Assembly (NCBI RefSeq): GCF_001677475.2
Contig: NZ_CP015229.1
Direction: 5' to 3' (one strand)
Length of the DNA: 64,000 nt
Source of the DNA: Escherichia coli
GTDB taxonomy: Bacteria; Pseudomonadota; Gammaproteobacteria; Enterobacterales; Enterobacteriaceae
This document shows positions 21,241 through 33,389 of the stretch, piece after piece. The notes under the pieces were generated by a model that worked only from the letters and a program-made list of their open reading frames with translations, was not told where the DNA came from and did not search any database. How positions within the stretch are numbered: position 1 is the first letter of the stretch; every line of letters begins with the position of its first letter. The translations under genes were made by a program, and so were the position numbers.

Positions 21241-24200
21241 ATGAACAAAATTTTTAAAGTTATCTGGAACCCTGCGACGGGAAGTTACAGCGTCGCCAGC
21301 GAAACGGCAAAAAGCCGTGGAAAGAAGAGCGGTCGCAGCAAGCTGTTAATTTCTGCGTTGGTTGCCGGTGGGTTGCTGTCGTCGTTCGGGGCGAGTGCTT
21401 CTGTCAGTCTTGATGGTGGTACATATTCTGATGGCACCGAACTTACTGATGCATGGATTGCTATTGGTAAAGGTGCGAAAGCTTCCTCTGTAGGCGGTAG
21501 CACAGCAAGTATTTCTATTGGGGTAAATGCAATCTCTGCTGCTGGGGCTACTGCAGTGGGTTATAACAGTAATGCTACTGGACAAAGTTCAGTATCAATG
21601 GGGCAGCTATCGAAAGCCACAGGGAGCAGGGGGGTTGCTATCGGCAGTGGAGCTAGTGCCATTGGCGACTATACAGTTGCATTAGCGGTTGGCTCCAGTG
21701 CTAGCGGTGAGAGTGCAGTGGCAATAGGTCAAGGTTCCGGAGCCAAAAATAAAGGTAGTGTTGCGTTAGGTAACAGAGCGTCATCATTAGGAGAAAAATC
21801 GGTAGCACTAGGGGTAGACAGTAAGGCCACTGGTGACGATAGCCTGGCATTAGGTAGAAACGCCTTGGGCAATAGCACAGGTTCCATTGCAATGGGTGCC
21901 GCAAGCGAAGCCAATGGATTATATAGTTTGGCATTAGGCGCAAGCAGCGTAGCTAACGCGGACAATACCGTTGCGCTCGGATATGGTGCCAATGCAGCCA
22001 AAGCTGGAGCAATGGCTTTCGGTCAGGCAGGAAAGGCAGATGGTGTAAATTCTATTGCGCTGGGTAATAAAAGTCAGTCAAGCGGCGAAAACAGTATTGT
22101 GCTTGGACAAGAAAGCTATGCTGGTAGTGAAAAAAGTATTGCGATTGGTAGCCTGTCCAACGTAACCGGTGTTAACTCCGTTGCTCTGGGCACAGAGTCT
22201 ACTGCCGTGGAAGATAATACTGTTTCAGTAGGTAACGACACGCTGCAGCGTAAAATTGTCCATATGGGAAAAGGCGATATTAGCAGTACCAGTACTGATG
22301 CCATCAATGGTTCACAGCTTTATGATATCAGTAAGTCAGTTGCAGACCGTCTGGGCGGCGGTGCCTCCGTGAGTACTGCCGGGGTTGTTAACGCCCCTAA
22401 CTACAAACTGCAAAGTGGTAACTTTAATAATGTTGGCGACGCATTAAAGGGTCTTGATGATAATACGTTGCAATGGGACTCGCTTAAAAAAGTCTACAGT
22501 GCAAAACACGGTTCCGATGCCACCAGCAAAATCACCAACGTTACGGCGGGTGAGCTGAACGCATCCAGTACCGACGCCGTTAACGGTTCTCAGTTGAAAA
22601 CCACTAACGACAATGTGGCAACCAACACCACTAATATCAGCAACCTGACCGGCGAAGTTGCTAACAACACCACCAATATCACTAACCTGACGAATGATGT
22701 TGCCGCCAACACCACCAGTATCACCAACCTGGCTGATACGGTGACTAACCTTGGTGAAGATGCGCTGAAATGGGATGACACCGCTGGCGTATTCACTGCT
22801 GCACACGGCACCGAAGCCACCAACAAAATCACCAATGTTACGGCAGGTGAGCTGACGGAGACCAGTACCGATGCGGTTAACGGTTCTCAGTTGAAAACCA
22901 CTAACGATAACGTGGCAACCAACACCACCAGTATCACCAACCTGACTGATACAGTGACTAACCTTGGTGCCGACGCGCTGGCATGGGATGACGCCTCAGG
23001 TGCATTCACCGCCAAACACGGCACCGAAGCCACCAACAAAATCACTAACGTTACGGCAGGTGAACTGACGGAGACCAGTACCGATGCCGTTAACGGTTCT
23101 CAGTTGAAAACCACTAACGATAACGTGGCAACCAACACCACCAATATCAGCAACCTGACCGGCGAAGTTGCTAACAACACCACCAACATCACTAACCTGA
23201 CGAATGATGTTGCCGCCAACACCACCAGTATCACCAACCTGGCTGATACGGTGACTAACCTTGGTGCCGACGCGCTGGCATGGGATGACGCCTCAGGTGC
23301 ATTCACCGCCAAACACGGCACCGAAGCCACCAACAAAATCACTAACGTTACGGCGGGTGAGCTGACGGAGACCAGTACTGATGCCGTTAACGGTTCTCAG
23401 TTAAAAACCACTAACGACAATGTGGCAACCAACACCACCAACATCACCAATCTGGCTGATACGGTGAACAACCTCGGTGAAGATGCGCTGAAATGGGATG
23501 ACGCCGCAAGCGCATTCACCGCTGCACACGGCACCGAAGCCACCAGCAAAATCACTAACGTCACCGCTGGAACAATCTCGTCTACCAGTACCGACGCTGT
23601 TAACGGTGGGCAACTCTTTAGCTTAAGTGATTCACTGGCAGACTATTTTGGCGGTAACGCCTCGGTTGATGAAAACGGTGTATTTACTGGCCCGTCCTAC
23701 ACCATCGGTAGCAACAGCTACGATAACGTAGGTGATGCGCTGGCGGCGATTAACACCTCCTTTAGCACTTCACTGGGCGACGCTCTGCTGTGGGATGAAA
23801 CGGCAAGTGCATTCAGCGCCGGCCACGGTGGCAATGCCAGCAAAATTACCAATGTCGCAAACGGTACTATTTCTGAAACCAGCACCGATGCCATCAATGG
23901 TGGGCAACTCTACGGTGTGAGCAACTCTGTTGTTGATGCCCTGGGCGGTGGCGCCGCAGTAAATGCTGACGGTAGCATCAGTGCGCCGACGTACTCCATT
24001 GCTGATACCGATTACAATAACGTCGGTGATGCTCTGGACGCGATCGACTCAACCCTGGATGATGCGCTGCTCTGGGACGCAACCGCCGGTGAAAATGGTG
24101 CGTTCAGCGCCAGCCGCGATGGCAAAGCCAGCGTAATCACTAATGTTGCTAATGGTGATATTTCTGAAACCAGTACTGATGCAATTAATGGTTCACAGTT

Positions 24201-25905
24201 GTTCGCCACCAACACGTTGATCAATCAGCAAAATGAGATCATCAACCAGATTGCCGGTAATACCAGCACAGACTACATCGAAGAGAACGGTGCGGGTCTG
24301 AACTATGCGCGTACTAATGACACCGGCTTAACCTTTATTGATGCGAGCGCATCAGGTACTGGCGCTACAGCGGTGGGTTATAACGCTGTCGCTTCCGGCG
24401 AAAGCAGTGTCGCAATTGGTCAGAATAGCAGCAGCAGCGTTGATACTGGTATCGCGCTGGGTAGCGAATCCGTCTCCAGCCGTGTGATTGTTAAAGGTTC
24501 TCGTAACACCAGCGTAACCGAAGAAGGCGTTGTGATTGGTTACGACACCACTGACGGCGAACTGCTTGGTGCATTGTCGATTGGCGATGATGGTAAGTAC
24601 CGTCAGATCATCAACGTTGCTGATGGTACTGAATCCCATGACGCCGTGACTGTACGCCAGTTGCAAAACGCCATTGGTGCGGTCGCCACTACGCCGACCA
24701 AGTACTACCATGCCAACTCAACGGAAGAAGATTCACTGGCGGTAGGTACTGACTCGCTGGCGATGGGCGCGAAAACTATCGTCAATGGTAATGCGGGTAT
24801 TGGTATCGGCCTGAATACTCTGGTTCTGGCAGATGCCATCAACGGTATTGCTATCGGTTCTAACGCACGCGCCAACCATGCAAACAGTATTGCAATGGGT
24901 AATGGTTCTCAGACCACTCGCGGCGCTCAGACTGGCTACACCGCCTACAACATGGACGCGCCGCAGAACTCTGTCGGTGAGTTCTCTGTCGGCAGTGAAG
25001 ACGGTCAACGTCAGATCACTAATGTCGCGGCGGGTTCGGCAGATACCGATGCCGTTAACGTTGGTCAGTTGAAAGTGACGGACGCACAGGTTTCCCAGAA
25101 CACCCAGAGCATTACTAACCTGAATACTCAGGTAACGAATCTGGATACCCGCGTCACCAATATCGAAAACGGTATTGGCGATATCGTAAGCACCGGTAGC
25201 ACCAAGTACTTCAAGACCAACACCGATGGCGTAGATGCTAACGCGCAGGGTAAAGACAGTGTTGCGATTGGCTCTGGCTCTATTGCTGCCGCTGATAACA
25301 GCGTTGCGCTGGGTACTGGCTCTGTGGCAAACGAAGAAAATACGATCTCCGTAGGTTCTTCCACTAACCAACGCCGTATCACCAACGTTGCCGCTGGTAA
25401 AAATGCTACTGACGCGGTTAACGTTGCGCAGTTGAAGTCTTCCGAAGCAGGCGGCGTGCGCTATGACACCAAAGCTGACGGTTCTGTTGATTACAGCAAC
25501 ATCACTCTCGGCGGTGGTAATGGCGGAACGACTCGCATCAGCAACGTTTCCGCTGGCGTTAACAACAACGACGCGGTGAACTACGCGCAGTTGAAGCAAA
25601 GCGTGCAGGAAACGAAGCAATACACCGATCAGCGCATGGTTGAGATGGATAACAAACTGTCCAAAACCGAAAGCAAGTTGAGCGGTGGTATCGCTTCTGC
25701 AATGGCGATGACCGGTCTGCCGCAGGCTTACACGCCAGGTGCCAGCATGGCCTCCATTGGTGGCGGTACATACAACGGTGAATCGGCTGTTGCTTTAGGT
25801 GTGTCGATGGTGAGCGCCAACGGTCGTTGGGTCTACAAATTACAAGGTAGTACCAATAGCCAGGGTGAATACTCCGCCGCACTTGGTGCCGGTATTCAGT
25901 GGTAA
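21241..25905 (+). CDS. upaG: Trimeric autotransporter adhesin (YadA-like), UpaG/EhaG family
   Basis: 1554-aa ORF; extended signal peptide [21 protein letters not shown]…; YadA-like head repeats (…SVALG.NS.A.G…); long Thr/Asn-rich repetitive stalk; C-terminal membrane-anchor domain ending …AALGAGIQW. Confidence 0.9.
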   Translation: MNKIFKVIWNPATGSYSVASETAKSRGKKSGRSKLLISALVAGGLLSSFGASASVSLDGGTYSDGTELTDAWIAIGKGAKASSVGGSTASISIGVNAISAAGATAVGYNSNATGQSSVSMGQLSKATGSRGVAIGSGASAIGDYTVALAVGSSASGESAVAIGQGSGAKNKGSVALGNRASSLGEKSVALGVDSKATGDDSLALGRNALGNSTGSIAMGAASEANGLYSLALGASSVANADNTVALGYGANAAKAGAMAFGQAGKADGVNSIALGNKSQSSGENSIVLGQESYAGSEKSIAIGSLSNVTGVNSVALGTESTAVEDNTVSVGNDTLQRKIVHMGKGDISSTSTDAINGSQLYDISKSVADRLGGGASVSTAGVVNAPNYKLQSGNFNNVGDALKGLDDNTLQWDSLKKVYSAKHGSDATSKITNVTAGELNASSTDAVNGSQLKTTNDNVATNTTNISNLTGEVANNTTNITNLTNDVAANTTSITNLADTVTNLGEDALKWDDTAGVFTAAHGTEATNKITNVTAGELTETSTDAVNGSQLKTTNDNVATNTTSITNLTDTVTNLGADALAWDDASGAFTAKHGTEATNKITNVTAGELTETSTDAVNGSQLKTTNDNVATNTTNISNLTGEVANNTTNITNLTNDVAANTTSITNLADTVTNLGADALAWDDASGAFTAKHGTEATNKITNVTAGELTETSTDAVNGSQLKTTNDNVATNTTNITNLADTVNNLGEDALKWDDAASAFTAAHGTEATSKITNVTAGTISSTSTDAVNGGQLFSLSDSLADYFGGNASVDENGVFTGPSYTIGSNSYDNVGDALAAINTSFSTSLGDALLWDETASAFSAGHGGNASKITNVANGTISETSTDAINGGQLYGVSNSVVDALGGGAAVNADGSISAPTYSIADTDYNNVGDALDAIDSTLDDALLWDATAGENGAFSASRDGKASVITNVANGDISETSTDAINGSQLFATNTLINQQNEIINQIAGNTSTDYIEENGAGLNYARTNDTGLTFIDASASGTGATAVGYNAVASGESSVAIGQNSSSSVDTGIALGSESVSSRVIVKGSRNTSVTEEGVVIGYDTTDGELLGALSIGDDGKYRQIINVADGTESHDAVTVRQLQNAIGAVATTPTKYYHANSTEEDSLAVGTDSLAMGAKTIVNGNAGIGIGLNTLVLADAINGIAIGSNARANHANSIAMGNGSQTTRGAQTGYTAYNMDAPQNSVGEFSVGSEDGQRQITNVAAGSADTDAVNVGQLKVTDAQVSQNTQSITNLNTQVTNLDTRVTNIENGIGDIVSTGSTKYFKTNTDGVDANAQGKDSVAIGSGSIAAADNSVALGTGSVANEENTISVGSSTNQRRITNVAAGKNATDAVNVAQLKSSEAGGVRYDTKADGSVDYSNITLGGGNGGTTRISNVSAGVNNNDAVNYAQLKQSVQETKQYTDQRMVEMDNKLSKTESKLSGGIASAMAMTGLPQAYTPGASMASIGGGTYNGESAVALGVSMVSANGRWVYKLQGSTNSQGEYSAALGAGIQW
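22561..23580 (+). repeat. Intragenic tandem duplication in the adhesin stalk (2 x ~510 bp)
   Basis: 22561-23070 and 23071-23580 align co-linearly; the first ~300 bp of each copy differ at only a few positions, the remainder is ~85% similar. Further divergent stalk repeats with 210-300 bp spacing extend to ~24240. Confidence 0.7.
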
Positions 25906-25937
25906 TGACCCATTAACAAATGGGTAAACGCCAAATT

Positions 25938-26020
25938 GCCTGATGCGCTACGCTTATCAGGCCTACAGGGGATTCTGCACATTCCTGTAGGCCGGATAAG
26001 GCGTTCACGCCGCATCCGGC
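25938..26020. repeat. REP pair (BIME) downstream of the adhesin gene
   Basis: gcctgatgcgctacgcttatcaggcctac (25938-25966) and gtaggccggataaggcgttcacgccgcatccggc (25987-26020). Confidence 0.65.
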
Positions 26021-26106
26021 AAGATAAGACGCACCAGGTCAATGGTCTAAGGGCAATTCTCTGACGGGGATTGCCCTTTTCTTTACCAGACATCTCCCTA
26101 TCAAAA

Positions 26107-26249
26107 AATTGGCCCTACCAATTCTTCGCTTATCTGACCACTGGTTCACAGTTCCCCAATTAAAACTCACATTAACGTTGCCAATACAAAACATTTAGTT
26201 AACTATTCATTGTCATTATCCCTACACAACAAAATTGGCAGTGCCACTT
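26107..26249 (+). promoter_or_regulatory. lldPRD control region with two LldR-type operators
   Basis: Palindrome AATTGGccctaCCAATT at 26107-26123 and related AATTGGcagtgCCActT at 26233-26249, ~200 and ~75 bp upstream of lldP ATG 26322. Confidence 0.5.
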
Positions 26250-26321
26250 TTACACAACGTGTGACAAGGAGATGAGCAACAGACTCATTACACGATGTGC
26301 GTGGCCTCCAGGAGACCTGCA

Positions 26322-27977
26322 ATGAATCTCTGGCAACAAAACTACGATCCCGCCGGGAATATCTGGCTTTCCAGCCTGATAGCATCGCTTCCCATCCTGT
26401 TTTTTTTCTTTGCGCTTATTAAGCTCAAACTAAAAGGCTATGTCGCCGCTACATGGACAGTCGTTATCGCTCTGACTGTCGCGCTATTGTTCTACAAAAT
26501 GCCGGTCGCCAATGCGCTGGCCTCAGTGGTTTATGGCTTCTTCTACGGTTTGTGGCCCATCGCGTGGATCATTATTGCAGCGGTGTTCGTCTATAAGATC
26601 TCGGTGAAAACCGGACAGTTTGACATCATCCGCTCGTCTATTCTTTCAATAACCCCTGACCAGCGCCTGCAAATGCTGATCGTCGGTTTCTGTTTCGGCG
26701 CATTTCTCGAAGGTGCCGCAGGCTTTGGCGCACCGGTAGCAATTACCGCCGCATTGCTGGTCGGGCTGGGCTTTAAACCGCTGTACGCCGCCGGGCTGTG
26801 CCTGATTGTTAACACCGCGCCGGTGGCATTTGGCGCGATGGGTATTCCGATTCTGGTTGCCGGACAGGTAACAGGCATCGACAGCTTTGAGATTGGCCAG
26901 ATGGTGGGACGTCAGCTACCGTTTATGACCATTATCGTGCTGTTCTGGATCATGGCGATTATGGACGGCTGGCGGGGTATCAAAGAGACGTGGCCTGCGG
27001 TCGTGGTCGCGGGAGGCTCGTTTGCCATCGCACAGTACCTTAGCTCTAACTTTATTGGGCCGGAACTGCCGGACATTATCTCTTCGCTGGTATCGCTGCT
27101 CTGCCTGACACTGTTCCTCAAACGTTGGCAGCCGGTGCGCGTTTTCCGCTTCGGCGATCTGGGCGCATCGCAAGTTGATATGACGCTGGCTCATACCGGT
27201 TACACCGCAGGTCAGGTGTTACGCGCCTGGACACCGTTCCTGTTCCTGACCGCCACCGTAACGCTGTGGAGTATTCCGCCGTTTAAAGCCCTGTTCGCTT
27301 CGGGTGGTGCGCTGTATGAATGGGTGATCAATATTCCGGTGCCGTACCTCAATAAACTGGTTGCCCGTATGCCGCCAGTGGTCAGCGAAGCGACAGCGTA
27401 TGCCGCCGTGTTTAAGTTCGACTGGTTCTCTGCCACCGGTACCGCCATTCTTTTTGCTGCCCTGCTCTCGATTGTCTGGCTGAAGATGAAACCATCTGAC
27501 GCTATCAGCACCTTCGGCAGCACGCTGAAAGAACTGGCTCTGCCCATCTACTCCATCGGTATGGTGCTGGCGTTCGCCTTTATCTCGAACTATTCCGGAC
27601 TATCATCAACGCTGGCGCTGGCACTGGCGCACACCGGCCATGCATTCACCTTCTTCTCGCCGTTCCTCGGCTGGCTTGGTGTCTTCCTGACCGGATCGGA
27701 TACCTCATCTAACGCCCTGTTCGCCGCCCTGCAAGCCACTGCAGCACAACAAATTGGCGTTTCTGACCTGTTGTTGGTTGCCGCCAACACCACCGGTGGT
27801 GTCACCGGTAAGATGATCTCTCCGCAATCTATCGCTATCGCCTGTGCGGCGGTAGGCCTGGTAGGCAAAGAGTCAGATCTGTTCCGCTTTACCGTCAAAC
27901 ACAGCCTGATCTTCACCTGTATGGTGGGCGTGATTACCACGCTTCAGGCCTACGTCTTAACGTGGATGATTCCGTAA
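26322..27977 (+). CDS. lldP: L-lactate permease
   Basis: Track ORF from 26295; conserved start ATG 26322 ([15 protein letters not shown]…) after AGGAG; 551 aa, multi-TM. Confidence 0.95.
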   Translation: MNLWQQNYDPAGNIWLSSLIASLPILFFFFALIKLKLKGYVAATWTVVIALTVALLFYKMPVANALASVVYGFFYGLWPIAWIIIAAVFVYKISVKTGQFDIIRSSILSITPDQRLQMLIVGFCFGAFLEGAAGFGAPVAITAALLVGLGFKPLYAAGLCLIVNTAPVAFGAMGIPILVAGQVTGIDSFEIGQMVGRQLPFMTIIVLFWIMAIMDGWRGIKETWPAVVVAGGSFAIAQYLSSNFIGPELPDIISSLVSLLCLTLFLKRWQPVRVFRFGDLGASQVDMTLAHTGYTAGQVLRAWTPFLFLTATVTLWSIPPFKALFASGGALYEWVINIPVPYLNKLVARMPPVVSEATAYAAVFKFDWFSATGTAILFAALLSIVWLKMKPSDAISTFGSTLKELALPIYSIGMVLAFAFISNYSGLSSTLALALAHTGHAFTFFSPFLGWLGVFLTGSDTSSNALFAALQATAAQQIGVSDLLLVAANTTGGVTGKMISPQSIAIACAAVGLVGKESDLFRFTVKHSLIFTCMVGVITTLQAYVLTWMIP

Positions 27978-28753
27978 TGATGGTTATACCCAGACGCCTG
28001 TCAGACGAGGTAGCTTCCCGTGTGCGGGCGCTGATTGAAGAACAAAATCTGGAACCGGGCATGAAGTTGCCCGCTGAACGCCAACTGGCGATGCAGCTCG
28101 GCGTGTCGCGTAATTCACTGCGCGAGGCGCTGGCGAAACTGGTGAGTGAAGGTGTGCTTCTTAGTCGTCGCGGTGGCGGGACGTTTATTCGCTGGCGCCA
28201 TGACGTGTGGTCGGAACAAAACATCGTCCAGCCGCTGAAAACGCTAATGGCCGATGATCCGGATTACAGCTTCGATATTCTGGAAGCCCGCTACGCCATT
28301 GAGGCCAGCACCGCCTGGCACGCAGCAATGCGTGCCACACAAGCCGATAAAGAAAAGATACAGCTCTGCTTTGAAGCGACGCTGAGTGAAGACCCGGATC
28401 TCGCCTCGCAAGCGGACGTTCGTTTTCATCTGGCAATTGCCGAAGCCTCACATAACATCGTGCTGCTGCAAACCATGCGCGGTTTCTTTGATGTCCTGCA
28501 ATCTTCAGTGATGCAAAGTCGTCAGCGGATGTATCTGGTGCCGCCCGTTTTTTCGCAACTGACTGAACAGCATCAGGCGGTCATTAACGCCATTTTTGCC
28601 GGTGATGCCGACGGTGCGCGTAAAGCAATGATGTCGCACCTCAGCTTTGTCCACACCACCATGAAACGATTCGATGAAGATCAGGCTCGCCGTGCACGCA
28701 TTACCCGCCTGCCCGGTGAGCATAATGAGCATTCGAGGGAGAAAAACGCATGA
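27977..28753 (+). CDS. lldR: GntR/FadR-family L-lactate regulator
   Basis: Start taken at ATG 27977 ([11 protein letters not shown]…), overlapping the lldP stop by 1 nt, 258 aa; N-terminal wHTH. Confidence 0.9.
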   Translation: MMVIPRRLSDEVASRVRALIEEQNLEPGMKLPAERQLAMQLGVSRNSLREALAKLVSEGVLLSRRGGGTFIRWRHDVWSEQNIVQPLKTLMADDPDYSFDILEARYAIEASTAWHAAMRATQADKEKIQLCFEATLSEDPDLASQADVRFHLAIAEASHNIVLLQTMRGFFDVLQSSVMQSRQRMYLVPPVFSQLTEQHQAVINAIFAGDADGARKAMMSHLSFVHTTMKRFDEDQARRARITRLPGEHNEHSREKNA

Positions 28754-29940
28754 TTATTTCCGCAGCCAGCGATTATCGCGCCGCAGCGCAACGCATTTTG
28801 CCGCCGTTCCTGTTCCACTATATGGATGGTGGTGCATATTCTGAATACACGCTGCGCCGCAACGTGGAGGATTTGTCAGAAGTGGCGCTGCGCCAGCGTA
28901 TTCTGAAAAACATGTCCGACTTAAGCCTGGAAACGACGCTGTTTAATGAGAAATTGTCGATGCCAGTGGCGCTGGCTCCGGTGGGTTTGTGCGGCATGTA
29001 TGCGCGTCGCGGCGAAGTTCAGGCAGCCAAAGCGGCTGATGCGCATGGCATTCCGTTTACTCTCTCAACGGTTTCAGTTTGCCCGATTGAAGAAGTCGCT
29101 CCAGCTATCAAACGTCCGATGTGGTTCCAGCTTTATGTGCTGCGCGATCGCGGCTTTATGCGTAACGCACTGGAACGGGCAAAAGCGGCGGGCTGTTCGA
29201 CACTGGTTTTCACCGTGGATATGCCGACGCCAGGCGCACGTTATCGTGACGCACACTCCGGTATGAGCGGCCCGAATGCCGCAATGCGCCGCTACTTGCA
29301 GGCGGTGACGCATCCGCAATGGGCGTGGGATGTCGGCCTGAACGGTCGTCCACATGATTTAGGTAATATTTCGGCTTACCTCGGCAAACCGACCGGACTG
29401 GAAGATTACATCGGCTGGCTGGGGAATAACTTCGATCCGTCCATCTCATGGAAAGACCTTGAGTGGATCCGCGATTTCTGGGATGGCCCGATGGTGATCA
29501 AAGGGATCCTCGACCCGGAAGATGCGCGTGATGCAGTACGTTTTGGTGCTGACGGGATTGTGGTTTCTAACCACGGTGGCCGCCAGCTGGACGGTGTACT
29601 CTCTTCCGCTCGTGCGCTGCCCGCTATTGCGGATGCGGTAAAAGGTGATATCGCCATTCTGGCGGATAGCGGGATTCGTAACGGGCTTGATGTCGTGCGT
29701 ATGATTGCGCTCGGTGCCGACACCGTACTGCTGGGTCGTGCTTTCCTGTATGCGCTGGCAACAGCGGGCCAGGCGGGTGTAGCTAACCTGCTGAATCTGA
29801 TCGAAAAAGAGATGAAAGTGGCAATGACGCTGACTGGCGCGAAATCGATTAGCGAAATTACGCAAGATTCGCTGGTGCAGGGGCTGGATAAAGAGTTGCC
29901 TGCGGCACTGGCTCCGATGGCGAAAGGGAATGCGGCATAG
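28750..29940 (+). CDS. lldD: FMN-dependent L-lactate dehydrogenase
   Basis: 396-aa ORF, alpha-hydroxy acid oxidase family (…[10 protein letters not shown]…). Confidence 0.95.
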   Translation: MIISAASDYRAAAQRILPPFLFHYMDGGAYSEYTLRRNVEDLSEVALRQRILKNMSDLSLETTLFNEKLSMPVALAPVGLCGMYARRGEVQAAKAADAHGIPFTLSTVSVCPIEEVAPAIKRPMWFQLYVLRDRGFMRNALERAKAAGCSTLVFTVDMPTPGARYRDAHSGMSGPNAAMRRYLQAVTHPQWAWDVGLNGRPHDLGNISAYLGKPTGLEDYIGWLGNNFDPSISWKDLEWIRDFWDGPMVIKGILDPEDARDAVRFGADGIVVSNHGGRQLDGVLSSARALPAIADAVKGDIAILADSGIRNGLDVVRMIALGADTVLLGRAFLYALATAGQAGVANLLNLIEKEMKVAMTLTGAKSISEITQDSLVQGLDKELPAALAPMAKGNAA

Positions 29941-30011
29941 TTGGGGTGAGGGGAAAAGGCCGTACCAATCACCAATTTTCTGCTATCCTGCCCCCGCACT
30001 AAGGGGGCAGT

Positions 30012-30485
30012 ATGCTAAACATCGTACTTTACGAACCAGAAATTCCGCCAAATACTGGCAACATCATCCGTCTTTGCGCTAATACCGGCTTTCGTCTACA
30101 TATCATCGAACCGATGGGATTTGCCTGGGACGATAAGCGCCTGCGCCGCGCGGGGCTGGACTATCACGAGTTTACCGCCGTTACGCGTCATCATGACTAT
30201 CGCGCGTTCGTCGAAGCCGAAAATCCCCAGCGCCTGTTTGCCCTCACCACGAAAGGTACGCCTGCTCACAGCGCCGTAAGCTATCAGGATGGCGATTATC
30301 TGATGTTCGGCCCGGAAACGCGCGGCCTGCCAGCAAGCATTCTTGATGCCCTGCCCGCTGAACAAAAAATTCGCATTCCAATGGTGCCGGACAGCCGCAG
30401 CATGAACCTGTCCAATGCGGTGTCGGTCGTGGTGTATGAAGCCTGGCGGCAGTTGGGATATCCGGGAGCGGTGTTGAGAGATTAG
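30012..30485 (+). CDS. trmL: tRNA (cytidine/uridine-2'-O)-methyltransferase TrmL
   Basis: 157-aa SPOUT-family ORF ([26 protein letters not shown]…). Confidence 0.9.
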   Translation: MLNIVLYEPEIPPNTGNIIRLCANTGFRLHIIEPMGFAWDDKRLRRAGLDYHEFTAVTRHHDYRAFVEAENPQRLFALTTKGTPAHSAVSYQDGDYLMFGPETRGLPASILDALPAEQKIRIPMVPDSRSMNLSNAVSVVVYEAWRQLGYPGAVLRD

Positions 30486-30494
30486 TTACGCCAT

Positions 30495-30532
30495 GCCGGA
30501 TAAGATGCGTTATGAACCGCATCGCATCCGGC
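30495..30532. repeat. REP-like hairpin between convergent trmL and cysE
   Basis: gccggataagatgcg…cgcatcgcatccggc imperfect palindrome. Confidence 0.5.
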
Positions 30533-30546
30533 ATAATCACAGGACA

Positions 30547-31368
30547 TCAGATCCCATCCCCATATTCAAACGTATGGTTAATACCGTTGAAATGCTGATC
30601 CATGTCCATTGACGGTTTATCGCTGTCTGGTTTACCGACAATGCGTGCCGGAACGCCAGCGGCGGTGGTATGCGGCGGCACCGGTTGCAGCACCACGGAA
30701 CCTGCGCCAATCTTCGCGCCGCGCCCAACTTCAATATTGCCGAGGATTTTCGCGCCCGCGCCAATCATCACACCTTCACGAATTTTCGGGTGACGGTCAC
30801 CACCAGATTTACCCGTACCGCCAAGCGTGACAGATTGCAGTATCGACACATCGTTTTCAATCACCGCCGTTTCACCAACGACGATGCCTGTCGCGTGGTC
30901 GAGCATGATACCGCGACCGATTTTTGCTGCCGGGTGAATATCCACCTGGAACGTCACAGAAACCTGGTTTTGCAGAAAGATTGCCAGTGCGCGGCGGCCC
31001 TGATTCCACAGCCAGTGACCGATGCGATAGGCCTGCAAGGCATGAAAACCTTTCAGGTATAACAGTGGGGTTGAGTATTTATCGACTGCCGGGTCGCGGG
31101 TACGTACGGCCTGAATATCGCAGGCCGCAGAAGCGATCATTTCCGGGTCGGCGGCGTAGGCTTCTTCAACCACTTCGCGGATAGCAATGGCAGGCATAAT
31201 TGGCGATGACAGCTTGTTCGCCAGCATGTAGCTCAGTGCACTGCCAAGGTTTTCGTGCTTGAGTAGCGTTGCGTGGTAAAAACTGGCCAGCATTGGCTCA
31301 CAGTCCGCCAGCGTTCTGGCTTCCGCTTTAATATTGTTCCAGACAATTTCCAGTTCTTCACACGACAT
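30547..31368 (-). CDS. cysE: Serine O-acetyltransferase
   Basis: 273-aa ORF with hexapeptide-repeat C-terminal region. Confidence 0.95.
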   Translation of the reverse strand: MSCEELEIVWNNIKAEARTLADCEPMLASFYHATLLKHENLGSALSYMLANKLSSPIMPAIAIREVVEEAYAADPEMIASAACDIQAVRTRDPAVDKYSTPLLYLKGFHALQAYRIGHWLWNQGRRALAIFLQNQVSVTFQVDIHPAAKIGRGIMLDHATGIVVGETAVIENDVSILQSVTLGGTGKSGGDRHPKIREGVMIGAGAKILGNIEVGRGAKIGAGSVVLQPVPPHTTAAGVPARIVGKPDSDKPSMDMDQHFNGINHTFEYGDGI

Positions 31369-31447
31369 TGCTTACTCCACACGATGAGATAATGACCGGC
31401 TCGTTCTGCGCGAGCCGGGTCATAGCGGTAACAAAGGTTCCCTGGGT

Positions 31448-32467
31448 TTAGTGGCTGCTTCGCTCGTCCTTGCGTGCACGACCTAATAACGTCAATGCTG
31501 CCTCGCGCGCGTTTTTTCCGCAATATAATACTTGATAAATTTCCTCGGTTATTGGCATTTCAACGCCGAAGCGATGCGCCAGTTCGCGGACTTCTTTCGT
31601 ATTGCGGTAGCCTTCCACCACCTGACCAATCTTCTCTTGCGCGCTTTGTACATCCATGCCCTGACCGAGCATCATGCCAAAACGGCGGTTACGCGACTGG
31701 TTGTCGGTACAGGTAAGCACCAGATCGCCCAGCCCCGCCATGCCCATAAAGGTGGCAGGATCGGCACCCAGCGCCGCGCCAAGACGCGACATTTCAGCCA
31801 GGCCACGGGTGATTAGCGCCGTACGCGCATTCGCGCCAAAACCGATACCGTCGGACATCCCCGCGCCAATGGCAATGACGTTTTTCACCGCGCCGCCAAG
31901 CTGCACGCCAATGAAATCCGGGTTACTGTAAACGCGGAAACTTTTACCGCAGTGCAGCAGCTGCTGAAGATCATCAGCAAAAGTTTGGTCGGTCGAGGCC
32001 AGCGAAATGGCTGTCGGTAAACCTGCCGCCAGTTCTTTCGCAAACGTTGGGCCAGAGATAACCGCCAGCGGAATTTGATCGCCTAACGCCTCGCGCGCCA
32101 CGTCCTGTAACAGACGTCCGGTTTCCGCTTCCAGCCCTTTGGTCGCCCACACCAGACGCGCATCAGGACGCATCAGCGGTTTAATCTGACGCAGCACTTC
32201 ACCAAAGACATGGCTGGGTACGACGACGAGAATATTACGGCTGGCTGCCAGCGCAGTGGCGAGATCGCTTTCAAGATGGAGCGTATCGGGAAAAGGCACA
32301 TCGGGGAGAAACGCGGCGTTACAGCGGTCGCGTTCAAGCGTTGCGATATGTTCAGGGTCATGGCCCCAGAGGACAACCTCGTGGCCATTTCTTGCCAGGG
32401 TGATGGCAAGAGCGGTGCCGTACGAGCCGGCACCGATCACAGTCATTGAAGCATTACGTTGGTTCAT
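31448..32467 (-). CDS. gpsA: NAD(P)H-dependent glycerol-3-phosphate dehydrogenase
   Basis: 339-aa ORF; N-terminal [10 protein letters not shown] Rossmann motif. Confidence 0.95.
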   Translation of the reverse strand: MNQRNASMTVIGAGSYGTALAITLARNGHEVVLWGHDPEHIATLERDRCNAAFLPDVPFPDTLHLESDLATALAASRNILVVVPSHVFGEVLRQIKPLMRPDARLVWATKGLEAETGRLLQDVAREALGDQIPLAVISGPTFAKELAAGLPTAISLASTDQTFADDLQQLLHCGKSFRVYSNPDFIGVQLGGAVKNVIAIGAGMSDGIGFGANARTALITRGLAEMSRLGAALGADPATFMGMAGLGDLVLTCTDNQSRNRRFGMMLGQGMDVQSAQEKIGQVVEGYRNTKEVRELAHRFGVEMPITEEIYQVLYCGKNAREAALTLLGRARKDERSSH

Positions 32468-32934
32468 CAGGCATCCTGATGTTCTTCAGTACCTTCGCCA
32501 GCCTGCTGCTGCAAATAGTTCATGAACAGCGCATCGAAGTTAACCGGCGCAAGGTTCAGTTGCGGGAATGTACCGCGGGATACCATGCTGGTGATGCACT
32601 CACGAGCATACGGGAACAGAATGTTCGGGCAGTATGCGCCCAGGCAATGTGCCATCTGGGTGCCTTCGATACCCGCGATGGAGAAAATACCGCCCTGCTG
32701 AACTTCACACAGGAACGCGGTTTCTTCGCCCAGGGAGGCCGTTACGGTAACACGCAGTACCACTTCGTAAACGTCATCTGCCAGTTGAGTAGATGCCGTA
32801 TCCAGATCAAGTTTAACTTCTGGCTGCCAATCTTTCTGGAAAACGTGCGGCGCGTTCGGCGCTTCGAAAGAAATATCCTTGGTATAAATACGTTGGATCT
32901 GGAAAGTCATTTCGGTGTTGTTTTGTTCTGACAT
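32467..32934 (-). CDS. secB: Protein-export chaperone SecB
   Basis: 155-aa ORF ([29 protein letters not shown]…). Confidence 0.95.
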
Positions 32935-32996
32935 GTGTAGAAAACCCTTAAGTGTTGTCCTTAAATACTGCGCAATGTAATGCCAACGTTCGCACG

Positions 32997-33248
32997 TTAT
33001 TTCAGCAGGGGATCCAGTCCACCACGTGCATCCAATGCATACAAGTCATCACAGCCGCCAATGTGCTGTGCGTCAATAAAAATCTGGGGAACCGTGGTGC
33101 GACCGCTGCGTTTGATCATCTCTTCACGCTTAGCGGCGTTGCCATCGATCGGCAACTCCTGAAAACTCACACCCTTGCTGCTCAGCAGTGCTTTCGCACG
33201 ATGGCAATACGGGCAGGTTTCTTTGGTATAGATTTCAACATTGGCCAT
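32997..33248 (-). CDS. grxC: Glutaredoxin 3
   Basis: 83-aa ORF with CPYC active site. Confidence 0.95.
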
Positions 33249-33389
33249 AAATTAGCTCCTGTTTTTTTACCCTGAAATTTCATGTTGCAGGGCGGCAGCA
33301 AAATGGAGTGTCCCCAGAAGCTTATAACAATAAGTCGCTGGGGGCCTAATTGCAGCTAACGGCCTGCATCATGAAAGACGACAGGTAAA

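Noticed and set aside
22590-23342. Regularly spaced repeats in 22.5-24.2 kb, considered as a CRISPR array
   Set aside because: The repeats are hundreds of bp long, lie within one continuous 1554-codon ORF and encode adhesin stalk modules; there are no short direct repeats with unique spacers and no cas genes.
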